Below are positions 32,901 through 40,688 of a DNA stretch of 40,688 nucleotides, piece after piece. The stretch comes from a virus (taxonomy: Duplodnaviria; Caudoviricetes). Numbering within the stretch: the first letter of the stretch is position 1; each line of letters opens with the position of its first letter. Location of the stretch: the IMG/VR virus record IMGVR_UViG_3300037781_000129, positions 1 to 40,688 of that record, one strand, 5' to 3'. Under the pieces are notes generated by a model. It saw nothing but the letters and a program-made list of their open reading frames with translations, was not told where the DNA came from and searched no databases. The translations under genes and the position numbers were made by a program.

Positions 32901-34419
32901 GCCGATTTCAACACAATTTGGCAGCTTTCTGTTGCCTGCTGATGTTGCGCGGAGCCTTGCTGAAGAAAAAGTTAATGGTGCCTTGTCAGGCGGTTATGAT
33001 GGTGCCAGCAAGCGCCGCCGTTCAATGCGTGATTGGCGCGCTGCTGGTAGTGATGCTGACAGTGCTTTGCTGGATGACCTGGGCACATTACGCGATCGCT
33101 CAAGTGACCTTATCCGCAATAATCCATTGGCCGGCGGTGCGATCAGCACTAAAAACACCTCGGTTATCGGATCCGGCTTATGGATGAAGTCAGCTGTGAA
33201 CCGGGAATATCTCGGTTTATCAGAAGAGCAGGCAGAGGCTTTTGAAAGCCAGGTTGAGTTTGAGTTCTCTGTACTGAGTAAAAATATTGGAATTGCAGGT
33301 CAGAGCTTTGCTGACTTGCAGTCTACAGCTTACCGTTCTCACCTGGAAAAAGGTGATGTTCTGGCTGTTCTGACCAATAGTGACAGGAAAAATCATCCAT
33401 ACCAGCTTGCAGTCCAGCTGATAGAGTCAGAGCGTTTATGTAACAAGGATTTTGCCAGAGACAGCAAAAATCACCGTGCTGGCATCATTCGCAGCAACAA
33501 AGGCATGCCGACCAAGTACCAGATATTAACGGTGCATCCAGGCTCAGACAGACTCAGAAAGCGCGAGTGGATTGAGCTTGATGCATTTAATGAGAATGGT
33601 CACCCCAATGTCCTGCACTTGTTCAAAGAGCTGCGCCCTGGTCAGACACGTGGTGTTCCGGATCTTGCCCCGGTCATTGAGCCGTTAAAGCAGCTGGGGA
33701 AATACACTGAAGCTGAATTGATGGCTGCTGTAATCAGTGGCATGTTCACGGTCTTCATTAAGACTGAAGGCGATGACATGCCTTCAAGCAAAAGCGCGTC
33801 CGATATCGATCTGAAAATGGGCAGCGGCACCATTGTTGGGCTTGATGTCAACGAGTCTATTGAAACCGCGACCCCAGGAAGACCTAATGCCGGCTTTGAT
33901 GCTTTCTTCATGGCGATTGTTCGTGAGATTGGTGTTGGACTGGAGCTGCCATTTGAAATCCTGATCAAGCATTTCAGCTCCAGTTACTCAGCTTCACGCG
34001 CTGCGATGCTGGAAGCCTGGCGATATTTTCTCAAAGAGCGTAAGTGGTTTGCAGACAAGTTCTGTCAACCGATTTACGAAGCTTTTGTGGATGAAGGTGT
34101 CGCGATGGGCCGCTTTTACGCGCCCGGTTATTTTTCAGATCCATTTATCCGTGCTGCTTATCTGGGTGCCAGATGGAACGGTCCTCCACGCGGACATATT
34201 GATGAGCTCAAGGAAGCCAAAGCAGCCGAGATATACAACAAGCTTGGCGCCAAACCGCTGGAAGAGATCACCATGGAAGTCACCGGCGGTGATTGGGAGC
34301 GAAATCACCGACAGCTTACCAAGGAAAAGCGATTGCGAGACCGCGACGGACTCACCCAAGAAACCGGCCCTGAAGCCGGTTTTTTAATGCCTGGAGAAAC
34401 CGATGAAGACAGCAATTGA
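32893..34419 (+). CDS. Portal protein, lambda family
   Basis: LRDRSSDLIRNN, RPGQTRGVP.LAPV, SSYSASRAAMLE, ID.LKE. Confidence 0.95.
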   Translation: MIKPISTQFGSFLLPADVARSLAEEKVNGALSGGYDGASKRRRSMRDWRAAGSDADSALLDDLGTLRDRSSDLIRNNPLAGGAISTKNTSVIGSGLWMKSAVNREYLGLSEEQAEAFESQVEFEFSVLSKNIGIAGQSFADLQSTAYRSHLEKGDVLAVLTNSDRKNHPYQLAVQLIESERLCNKDFARDSKNHRAGIIRSNKGMPTKYQILTVHPGSDRLRKREWIELDAFNENGHPNVLHLFKELRPGQTRGVPDLAPVIEPLKQLGKYTEAELMAAVISGMFTVFIKTEGDDMPSSKSASDIDLKMGSGTIVGLDVNESIETATPGRPNAGFDAFFMAIVREIGVGLELPFEILIKHFSSSYSASRAAMLEAWRYFLKERKWFADKFCQPIYEAFVDEGVAMGRFYAPGYFSDPFIRAAYLGARWNGPPRGHIDELKEAKAAEIYNKLGAKPLEEITMEVTGGDWERNHRQLTKEKRLRDRDGLTQETGPEAGFLMPGETDEDSN

Positions 34420-35758
34420 TTTTATTGCTAACGGCACACCATGGGCCATCACTGATGCCATGATGGAAACCATGATGATGATTGCGGACCGACAAGGTGA
34501 TCCGCAAGCATTATCAGCAGAATTGGGCCGCCCCCTGAATAATACTCGTCAAGTCATCGAACGTGATGGTGTCGCGATTATTCCTCTCAACGGGCCTGTA
34601 TTTCCAAAGGCGAACCTATTCACTGACGTCAGTGGCGCGCATTCGGTCAGCCAGGTGTCCCTGGATTTCAACGAGGCACTGCGGAATCCATCCATTCATT
34701 CAATTGTAATGCACTACGAGAGCGCTCCCGGCGGCAACGTAGTGGGGATTAATGAATTTGCCAACATGATGCGTGAGGCTGAAAAGTCCGTGATTGCCTA
34801 TGTCGGCGGGATGGCGGCCAGCGCACATTACTGGTGGGCATCGGCTGCTGATGAAGTCGTGATCGATGCTACCGCCGAGGTCGGCAATATTGGCGTTGTC
34901 ACTGCCCGCAGAATTCAAGAGTCATCAGGTGTTATCGAGATAGTCAGTTCCAGAGCGCCAGACAAAAGGCCGAATGCCAGCACAGAACAAGGTCGTGCGG
35001 TGATACAGGCAAACGTCGACGCCCTGGAAGATGTTTTTTTGCAGACAGTCGCGAGAAATCGCGGCATGACTGTGGAAGAGGTCGCGGCCCAGCGTGGTCG
35101 CGTGTTAATTGGTGAGCAGGCGGTAACGGCCGGCTTTGCCGACAGACTTGGCTCTCTGGAGTCAGTAATCGCCGGTTTATCCGGTAGTCAACAAGCTAGA
35201 GGAGGTCGTTCTATGACAACGACAAGCAAATCTCCGGCGAATAAACCGGAGCTAACCGTGGCGATGATCCAGGAGGAGCATCCCGATATTTACAACGCAA
35301 TCCACCAGGCTGGCAAGGATGAAGCCCGGGCTGATTTTGCAGACATCGATGTTGATGCTGTTCGCGTTGAAGCCCGCACCGAAGGTGCAAAGGCGGAACG
35401 TGAGCGCATTGAATCAGTGCAGGCCCAATCAATGGCTGGTCATGAAAAACTGATCCAAACACTGATGTTTGATGGTGAGACCACTGGCGAACAGGCGGCG
35501 GTCAAAGTGCTGCAGGCAGAACGCGAAGGTCGGCAGACACAATACACCACCGTGACTAAGCGCCCGGATCCGGTCCCGGATTCAGATGACACCGAAATGT
35601 CCCGTGAAGATCAGTGTGGTTCGCTGGAAGAGGTCTGTCAGGCCAAGTGGGACAAGTCTGCGGATCTGCGTAACGAGTTCGGTTCTTTCAAGGCCTATCT
35701 GGCATACGAAAAGGCCGCTTCAAAAGGCAAAGTCAAAGTGCTGGGAGGTACTAAATAA
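34403..35758 (+). CDS. S49 capsid maturation protease with scaffold C-terminus
   Basis: APGG, MAASAHYW.ASAAD, VGNIGV, G.QAV.AG.ADR. Confidence 0.92.
   Translation: MKTAIDFIANGTPWAITDAMMETMMMIADRQGDPQALSAELGRPLNNTRQVIERDGVAIIPLNGPVFPKANLFTDVSGAHSVSQVSLDFNEALRNPSIHSIVMHYESAPGGNVVGINEFANMMREAEKSVIAYVGGMAASAHYWWASAADEVVIDATAEVGNIGVVTARRIQESSGVIEIVSSRAPDKRPNASTEQGRAVIQANVDALEDVFLQTVARNRGMTVEEVAAQRGRVLIGEQAVTAGFADRLGSLESVIAGLSGSQQARGGRSMTTTSKSPANKPELTVAMIQEEHPDIYNAIHQAGKDEARADFADIDVDAVRVEARTEGAKAERERIESVQAQSMAGHEKLIQTLMFDGETTGEQAAVKVLQAEREGRQTQYTTVTKRPDPVPDSDDTEMSREDQCGSLEEVCQAKWDKSADLRNEFGSFKAYLAYEKAASKGKVKVLGGTK
35213..35758 (+). CDS. Nested in-frame scaffold protein (lambda Nu3-like)
   Basis: AGGAGGT SD at 35200-35206 precedes in-frame ATG 35213 at the protease/scaffold boundary. 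Confidence 0.65.
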   Translation: MTTTSKSPANKPELTVAMIQEEHPDIYNAIHQAGKDEARADFADIDVDAVRVEARTEGAKAERERIESVQAQSMAGHEKLIQTLMFDGETTGEQAAVKVLQAEREGRQTQYTTVTKRPDPVPDSDDTEMSREDQCGSLEEVCQAKWDKSADLRNEFGSFKAYLAYEKAASKGKVKVLGGTK

Positions 35759-36165
35759 TGGCCACTTTAACCAAAGACACGCCTCGAGATTACACGCTGG
35801 GCGACCTGGAAGAGTATCCGGTTGTTGCGGATGACGTTATCTACGAAGGTGCTGCTGTTGGTGAAAACGACAGCGGCTATGCTCAACCACTGGTTGCCGC
35901 CAAGAAGTTCCTGGGCTTTGCGACCCGTAAAGCTGACAACAGTGGTGGCAGCGCCGGTGACCAGCGTGTGATTGTGCGCCAGAAAGGCAAGATTCGTCTG
36001 CCAATTTCTGGTTTGGCTATCACTGCCAATGACCGCCCTCCGGTTTACGCCAGTGATGACAATACATTCACACTGACAAGCACCGATAACACCAAGATCG
36101 GTTACGTGTCCCGTTGGGTTTCCACCGGCGTGGCAATTGTTGAATTTGATGCGCGAGGTATCTAA
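35758..36165 (+). CDS. Capsid decoration/cement protein
   Basis: Small beta protein between protease and capsid genes (YPV..D.VIYEGA.V...VYASDD.T). Confidence 0.7.
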   Translation: MATLTKDTPRDYTLGDLEEYPVVADDVIYEGAAVGENDSGYAQPLVAAKKFLGFATRKADNSGGSAGDQRVIVRQKGKIRLPISGLAITANDRPPVYASDDNTFTLTSTDNTKIGYVSRWVSTGVAIVEFDARGI

Positions 36166-36167
36166 CG

Positions 36168-37100
36168 ATGGAACGCAAAATCACGAGCCGAGCAATTATC
36201 GGTGATTTTTATCTGGCACTGGAACAGGCGAACGGCGCAGGATGGGTCGATCCGGTTTCTATGCTGTTTAACTCTGATCAGGAAAGTGAAGAATACGCCT
36301 GGTTAGGTCAGGCGCCTGCCATGCGTGAATGGATTGGCGGTCGTGAGGCCAAAGGTCTGCGCGAAAGCGGCATCACCATCAAGAACAAAAAGTTCGAATC
36401 AACACTGGAAATTCCTGTTGATTGGCTGCGCCGTGATAAAACCGGCCAGATCCAAATGCGAATCAATGAAATGGCTCAGCGTGCCACTGCCCATTGGGCG
36501 CGGCTACTGTCAACTTTGATTCTCAACGGAGCATCCAGCGTTTGCTATGACGGTGAATATTACTTTGACACTGACCATGAAGAAGGTGAGTCGGGTCAGC
36601 AATCAAACAGCATCGGTGCATCAGCCTCTACCGCTACGGCGCCATCCGCTGCTGAGTTTGAAACCGCCGTGCTCAAGGGCGTTGAAAAAATCATTGGTCA
36701 GAAAGATGACCAGGGCGAACCGATGAATGAGGAAGCGAGCAGCTTCCTGGTCATGGTGCCGGTTTCCATGATGGCCTCAGCGGCTGCCGCATTGAAAAAC
36801 CCGGTTATTGTTGACTCAAATGGTTCTCGGACCAACACGGTCACTAACCTGGGCGGCTTCAACTTCGAGCTGGCCGTAAATCCACGCCTTTCTGGTTGGA
36901 CCGACAAGTTCGCCATGTTCCGTACCGATGGCTCTGCAGCGCCGTTGATTCGTCAGGAAGAGGAAGACCTGATGATTTCTGCAGTCGCTGAAGGCTCTGA
37001 GTTGGAGTTCAACGAAGATGTCCACCGCTATGGTGTAAAAGCCCTGCGTAACGTCGGCTATGGTTACTGGCAACATGCGCTGCTGACCACCTTCAGCTAA
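36168..37100 (+). CDS. Major capsid protein, Mu gpT family
   Basis: EEYAWLG..P.MREWIG.R, I.NKKFESTLEI, YDGEYYFDTDH, RNVGYGYWQ. Confidence 0.9.
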   Translation: MERKITSRAIIGDFYLALEQANGAGWVDPVSMLFNSDQESEEYAWLGQAPAMREWIGGREAKGLRESGITIKNKKFESTLEIPVDWLRRDKTGQIQMRINEMAQRATAHWARLLSTLILNGASSVCYDGEYYFDTDHEEGESGQQSNSIGASASTATAPSAAEFETAVLKGVEKIIGQKDDQGEPMNEEASSFLVMVPVSMMASAAAALKNPVIVDSNGSRTNTVTNLGGFNFELAVNPRLSGWTDKFAMFRTDGSAAPLIRQEEEDLMISAVAEGSELEFNEDVHRYGVKALRNVGYGYWQHALLTTFS

Positions 37101-37111
37101 GGCGGTGACTT

Positions 37112-37678
37112 ATGAAGCAGACACTTAACCAAGCCATTACCGTGCCCGCCGGCATGAAGATGAAACTAACCAAGGCGCAAGCCTCGGCCAGAAGTCATCT
37201 GCTCGGTAAAGGTGACGCCGGTACCTATGAACTTGAGCACTCGCTCGAGTTCAAGGCCGGTGAAAACATCGAGATTGTCGGTGATATCCCCAAGGGCCTG
37301 CTGCCCGCTTTTGATGATGATCAGCAAAGTAATGATGATCCTGTCGATATTGAGCAGCTGGCAAAAACCATCATCGGTCTTGATAAGGAAGACAAGGCTA
37401 ACTGGACCAAAACCGAAGGCGTGCCTGACTTGAAGGCACTGACAAAAGCCTTTGGTAAAAAGGTCACCGGTGAGCAGCGTGATCAGGCTTTGACCATGAT
37501 TCACAACGTTCACCTGGAAAAAATTGCCGGCACAATCGTCGCCATGGACGAGAGCGACGAAACGCTTTGGACAGATGTGGAGGGTGTGCCCACGCTCGAA
37601 GCACTGGAAAAGGCGTTTGGCGAACCGGTCAGTGAAGCAGATCGCGATGCAGCATTAAAGCTCGTTGTGACTGATTAA
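37112..37678 (+). CDS. Capsid-adjacent protein with two tandem ~50-aa helical repeats
   Basis: WTKTEGVPDLKAL.KAFG..V....RD.AL is repeated as WTDVEGVPTLEAL.KAFG..V....RD.AL. Confidence 0.7.
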   Translation: MKQTLNQAITVPAGMKMKLTKAQASARSHLLGKGDAGTYELEHSLEFKAGENIEIVGDIPKGLLPAFDDDQQSNDDPVDIEQLAKTIIGLDKEDKANWTKTEGVPDLKALTKAFGKKVTGEQRDQALTMIHNVHLEKIAGTIVAMDESDETLWTDVEGVPTLEALEKAFGEPVSEADRDAALKLVVTD

Positions 37679-37695
37679 GCTGATCAATAGCAGAT

Positions 37696-37725
37696 AAAAA
37701 GGCCCGGTTATGCCGGGCCTTTTTT
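37696..37725 (+). terminator. Bidirectional intrinsic terminator
   Basis: A5-GGCCCGG-TTATG-CCGGGCC-T6. Confidence 0.85.
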
Positions 37726-37793
37726 ATTTCATAAGTTTGAACGGTAGATAAATATTTATCACCTAGTTATTTCTTAGATTGAGGAAAAGACTG

Positions 37794-38126
37794 ATGAATA
37801 GAAATGAGCAAGAGATTGAGAAGCAAATTCAGGACAAGGGTTTGAATGCCCCTCGCCTGAATCCTGAAATGATTGATGAAACTATTGTGCATGAGCAGTA
37901 TCACGTTTTCCCCGGCACAACTATGACGGTATGTGCTCTTACACTAAAAAACGGTTACATCGTGTCCGGTGAAAGCGCAGCAGCTTCACCAGAAAATTTT
38001 GACGAAGCAATTGGTCGAAAGATTGCACGCGAAAATGCGCGCAACAAGATTTGGGCTTTTGAAGGTTATCTGCTCCGTGAGCGGTTGAGTAATCAAGCAG
38101 TCTTAGGTCAAACAGAAGCAGAGTAG
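37794..38126 (+). CDS. N4 Gp49 / Sf6 gp66 family protein (moron)
   Basis: APRL.P..I...I..E.Y..F.GTT.TVC.L.L.NG..V.GESA.ASPENFD..IG..IAR.NA..KIW..EGYLL. Confidence 0.88.
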   Translation: MNRNEQEIEKQIQDKGLNAPRLNPEMIDETIVHEQYHVFPGTTMTVCALTLKNGYIVSGESAAASPENFDEAIGRKIARENARNKIWAFEGYLLRERLSNQAVLGQTEAE

Positions 38127-38131
38127 AAAAC

Positions 38132-38155
38132 AGGCCCGTTAATTCGGGCCTTTTT
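38132..38155 (+). terminator. Intrinsic terminator closing the moron
   Basis: AGGCCCG-TTAATT-CGGGCCT followed by a T run. Confidence 0.8.
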
Positions 38156-38171
38156 ATTTCAGGGTCTGATT

Positions 38172-38540
38172 ATGAGCTTAGAACAAGATATCCGTGAGGA
38201 TTTTGCCGAGGATTTTCTCGACACGAGTGAGTTCGGCAAAACACTTACCTATCAACCCAATGGCGGTACCAGTAAACCGATCAAGTATTTTCCGCTGAAA
38301 ACAGAAACCCATGAGGTCGATGAAGATGACGGCAAGTGGCGTGTACGTGAAAAAGTCGTTTCCATTTCCAGCTTGAGCGATGAAGGTGTTGTCGAGCCAG
38401 ATGTTCTGGATAAGGTCACTATTGACTCAGAGGAATGGGCGATTGAAAGCATTGATTCAGACAGCGTCGCCGCGCATCGACTTAACTTGCTTCGCCGTGA
38501 ATTACTCGAACGCGCTTCAACCAGCAGGAGACGTTTCTGA
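38172..38540 (+). CDS. Head closure / head-tail joining protein
   Basis: FLDTSEFG..LTY.P...D.VTID.EEW.I; synteny. Confidence 0.6.
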   Translation: MSLEQDIREDFAEDFLDTSEFGKTLTYQPNGGTSKPIKYFPLKTETHEVDEDDGKWRVREKVVSISSLSDEGVVEPDVLDKVTIDSEEWAIESIDSDSVAAHRLNLLRRELLERASTSRRRF

Positions 38541-39028
38541 TGCCACAGACACCGTCAGGATTGATGAGTCTGCCGCTGTCGCATTTGCGGCGGCTGGTGT
38601 CTGAGTGCGAAGCATTTCAGACGTGGACGGGCGCAGCTGATGCTACGGAGGCGCTCGAACACATTCACCTGGTCGAGTTGCCGCAGGGTGATTTGGTGCG
38701 GCCGTTCGCGCTGATTGGTTTCGGTGCGCGATGGAAGACAGAGCAGCGCTCGGTTCAGCTTTACACCAAAACCGGTGAGCTGTTTCTGATGTTTGAGGCG
38801 GATGTCGCCGATGCCGATCAGGCGAGTGCAGCTGATGCCATCTTCGGGTTTATGAACCCGCTGGGTGATGTGGTCAGCGAAATGCTGGAAAAAGCCGGTA
38901 CCGATGATTATCTGAATGTCATCGAGCTGGAAATGGAAGAGCCCCCGCTGCGTGAGAATGAAGAAGACGCGCAGCTGAATGAAGATTATTACAACGCCAT
39001 TTTCAACGTGGTGTGGAGTGGTTTCTGA
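38540..39028 (+). CDS. Tail terminator-like neck protein
   Basis: Acidic 162-aa protein (RPFALI) in the neck module; synteny only. Confidence 0.5.
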   Translation: MPQTPSGLMSLPLSHLRRLVSECEAFQTWTGAADATEALEHIHLVELPQGDLVRPFALIGFGARWKTEQRSVQLYTKTGELFLMFEADVADADQASAADAIFGFMNPLGDVVSEMLEKAGTDDYLNVIELEMEEPPLRENEEDAQLNEDYYNAIFNVVWSGF

Positions 39029-39495
39029 TGATACGCGGCAGCATTACTTACACCGGCATGGAAGGCATCAAGCGCAGTGAACTGCGCCGTGCGGTGAAAA
39101 AAGAACTGCAGCACCAGGTGGACGACTGGCACAGCAATATTCTGCCACGTCATTTCCAGCGCGGTGCCGCCGGTCGCTACAAGTATCAGGAGCGCAGCCG
39201 CAAGTATAACCGCCGCAAGTCACGCAAATATGGACACACCCGACCACTGGAGTTGACCGGTGATTTGAAGCGTCGGGTACTGCGCCGGGCAACCATTACC
39301 GGCACCAGCAAGCGGGCCACGGCCACCATGGATGCGCCGCGCTATTTGTATAAGTACAAACCCGAGCAGCCTGACAAGGCTGCGGAATTGACCGCCGTCA
39401 CGCAGGAGGAAGCCACAAAAATGGCTTTCACGCTTGATCGCAACCTGACCGTGCACATCAACAACAACACTCGCAGACGAACCGTGAGGCCTTAG
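39028..39495 (+). CDS. Basic tail completion/neck protein
   Basis: Arg/Lys-rich with PLELTGDLKR motif; ATG 39028 overlaps the upstream stop. Confidence 0.55.
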   Translation: MIRGSITYTGMEGIKRSELRRAVKKELQHQVDDWHSNILPRHFQRGAAGRYKYQERSRKYNRRKSRKYGHTRPLELTGDLKRRVLRRATITGTSKRATATMDAPRYLYKYKPEQPDKAAELTAVTQEEATKMAFTLDRNLTVHINNNTRRRTVRP

Positions 39496-39497
39496 CC

Positions 39498-40439
39498 ATG
39501 TCATTCAAAATGTTTTCCATCTATGCCGTGAAGGTAAATCCGACCGGCACAGAAGACGATGTGTTTCTGGACCAGATCACCAACCAGTCACACAACCTGA
39601 ACCAGACCCTGTCCAAGCTGCGTTCAGATGGCGCGGCGGATGCCACGTTTTCAGCGATTGCCAAGCGGGCTTCGGAGATCAGCTTCTCCACCGCCAAGGT
39701 GGCCACGGCGTTGAGCAAAGGCGGCCTGTCTGGTTTTGCGATTGCCTCTGATGGCACCAACCCGGGTATTGATTTCTACCTGCAGCAGCATCAGCAGGGT
39801 GGCACCCGTAAAACCGGCGCCGATCATATCAAGGCGACACTGGCCACAGGTATCCTGGTGCCGCAGAACCTGCGGGCCTCGACCGATGATATGGCCAGCA
39901 TGGAGTTTCTGGCTATTGGGGTTTATGACGGCACGAATGAGCCGATCAGTTACACCGCCAGTGTGGAACTGCCAGCAGATGAGATCGACGCGAACCAGAT
40001 GTTCTTCGCCGGTCCTGTTCAACTCAATGGCACCACTATCGAGGGTGTGCAGTCCATTAACCTCGACTTTGGCGTCAACCTGAACCGCATCAGTGGTGAT
40101 GGTGTGCCTTATGACAAGTTTGTGAACATTGCCTACCGTGAGCCGGTGATTCGTATCACGACGCATGATGTCGAGAACGCGCTGAGTGTGATCGGCGAAA
40201 ATGGCACTGGCCACAGCGCTACTTGTAATTACTTCCTGCGTAAAGCCGCAAACGGCGGCGCCCGCGTCGCTGATGCCACAGAAGAGCATATCAAGCTCAG
40301 CACCACCAAGGGTACGCTGCTGGTCAGAACCATCAACGGTGATTCCGGTGAGCCTGTTGCGGCAGAGATTGAAGTGCATCCGGTGTATGACGGCACCAAC
40401 GATGTGATCGGTATTAACACAGCGAGCGCAATTAGCTGA
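39498..40439 (+). CDS. Major tail tube protein with internal duplication
   Basis: Directly upstream of the frameshifting chaperone; two homologous ~155-aa halves. Confidence 0.7.
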   Translation: MSFKMFSIYAVKVNPTGTEDDVFLDQITNQSHNLNQTLSKLRSDGAADATFSAIAKRASEISFSTAKVATALSKGGLSGFAIASDGTNPGIDFYLQQHQQGGTRKTGADHIKATLATGILVPQNLRASTDDMASMEFLAIGVYDGTNEPISYTASVELPADEIDANQMFFAGPVQLNGTTIEGVQSINLDFGVNLNRISGDGVPYDKFVNIAYREPVIRITTHDVENALSVIGENGTGHSATCNYFLRKAANGGARVADATEEHIKLSTTKGTLLVRTINGDSGEPVAAEIEVHPVYDGTNDVIGINTASAIS

Positions 40440-40688
40440 TGAGTGGATTTCTGTATTTTGTCCCAGGCAAGAAGCACGTTGATGACAAGGTGCTGGAAGA
40501 AGCGGGCATTAAAGCCATCGGCAAAGCCGAAGGCCTGAGTTTTATCGGCATTGAGCGCGGCCCTGAAGGTGAGTCGGGGATCCTGTTCCTGGCTGGCCCG
40601 GTCAGCAGCGACCGGAAAACACCCCGGATAGGATATTACCCCGCTCAGCAGACCTGGCAGTCCTGTAACCACGGCAAGTTCTGGCTGG
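40439..40688 (+). CDS. Tail assembly chaperone, 5' part (variant allele, truncated by window end)
   Basis: ATG 40439 overlaps the tube-gene stop; the frame continues into the repeat of 1-222. Confidence 0.75.
   Translation, partial: MSGFLYFVPGKKHVDDKVLEEAGIKAIGKAEGLSFIGIERGPEGESGILFLAGPVSSDRKTPRIGYYPAQQTWQSCNHGKFWL
40467..40688 (+). repeat. Terminal direct repeat, right copy
   Basis: Matches 1-222 with 9 substitutions. Confidence 0.95.

Overview
The window looks like an essentially complete ~40.47 kb temperate tailed phage, probably a siphovirus of a gammaproteobacterial host. It is opened inside the tail-assembly-chaperone gene: positions 40467-40688 repeat positions 1-222 with 9 substitutions. 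Gene order: tail chaperone, a membrane moron, a C4-type antisense RNA with a Bro-N antirepressor, a short tape measure and tail genes, then an alpha/beta-hydrolase, a small membrane peptide and an M15 endolysin. Next come attP (tRNA-Leu-like 3' end) with integrase and xis, and a long leftward early operon (CsrA homologue, two HNH proteins, C5 methyltransferase, GIY-YIG-like gene, a structured non-coding block). Then a cI/cro switch with 17-bp operators, split primase and VirE-type helicase, an iteron origin, TraR, a dATP/dGTP diphosphohydrolase and a Q-like gene. The window ends with a lone holin, a cos-like site, lambda-type terminase/portal/S49 protease, a Mu gpT-type capsid, a Gp49-family moron, neck genes and an internally duplicated tail tube gene. 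The most notable observations are (1) a repressor lacking its autocleavage serine paired with an RNA-gated antirepressor, (2) a ~380-nt structured RNA block with a tRNA mimic and a possible ribozyme-like fold, and (3) a split lysis system with a lipase-like enzyme and no recognisable spanins. All protein calls come from motifs and synteny read by eye; no database searches were run.
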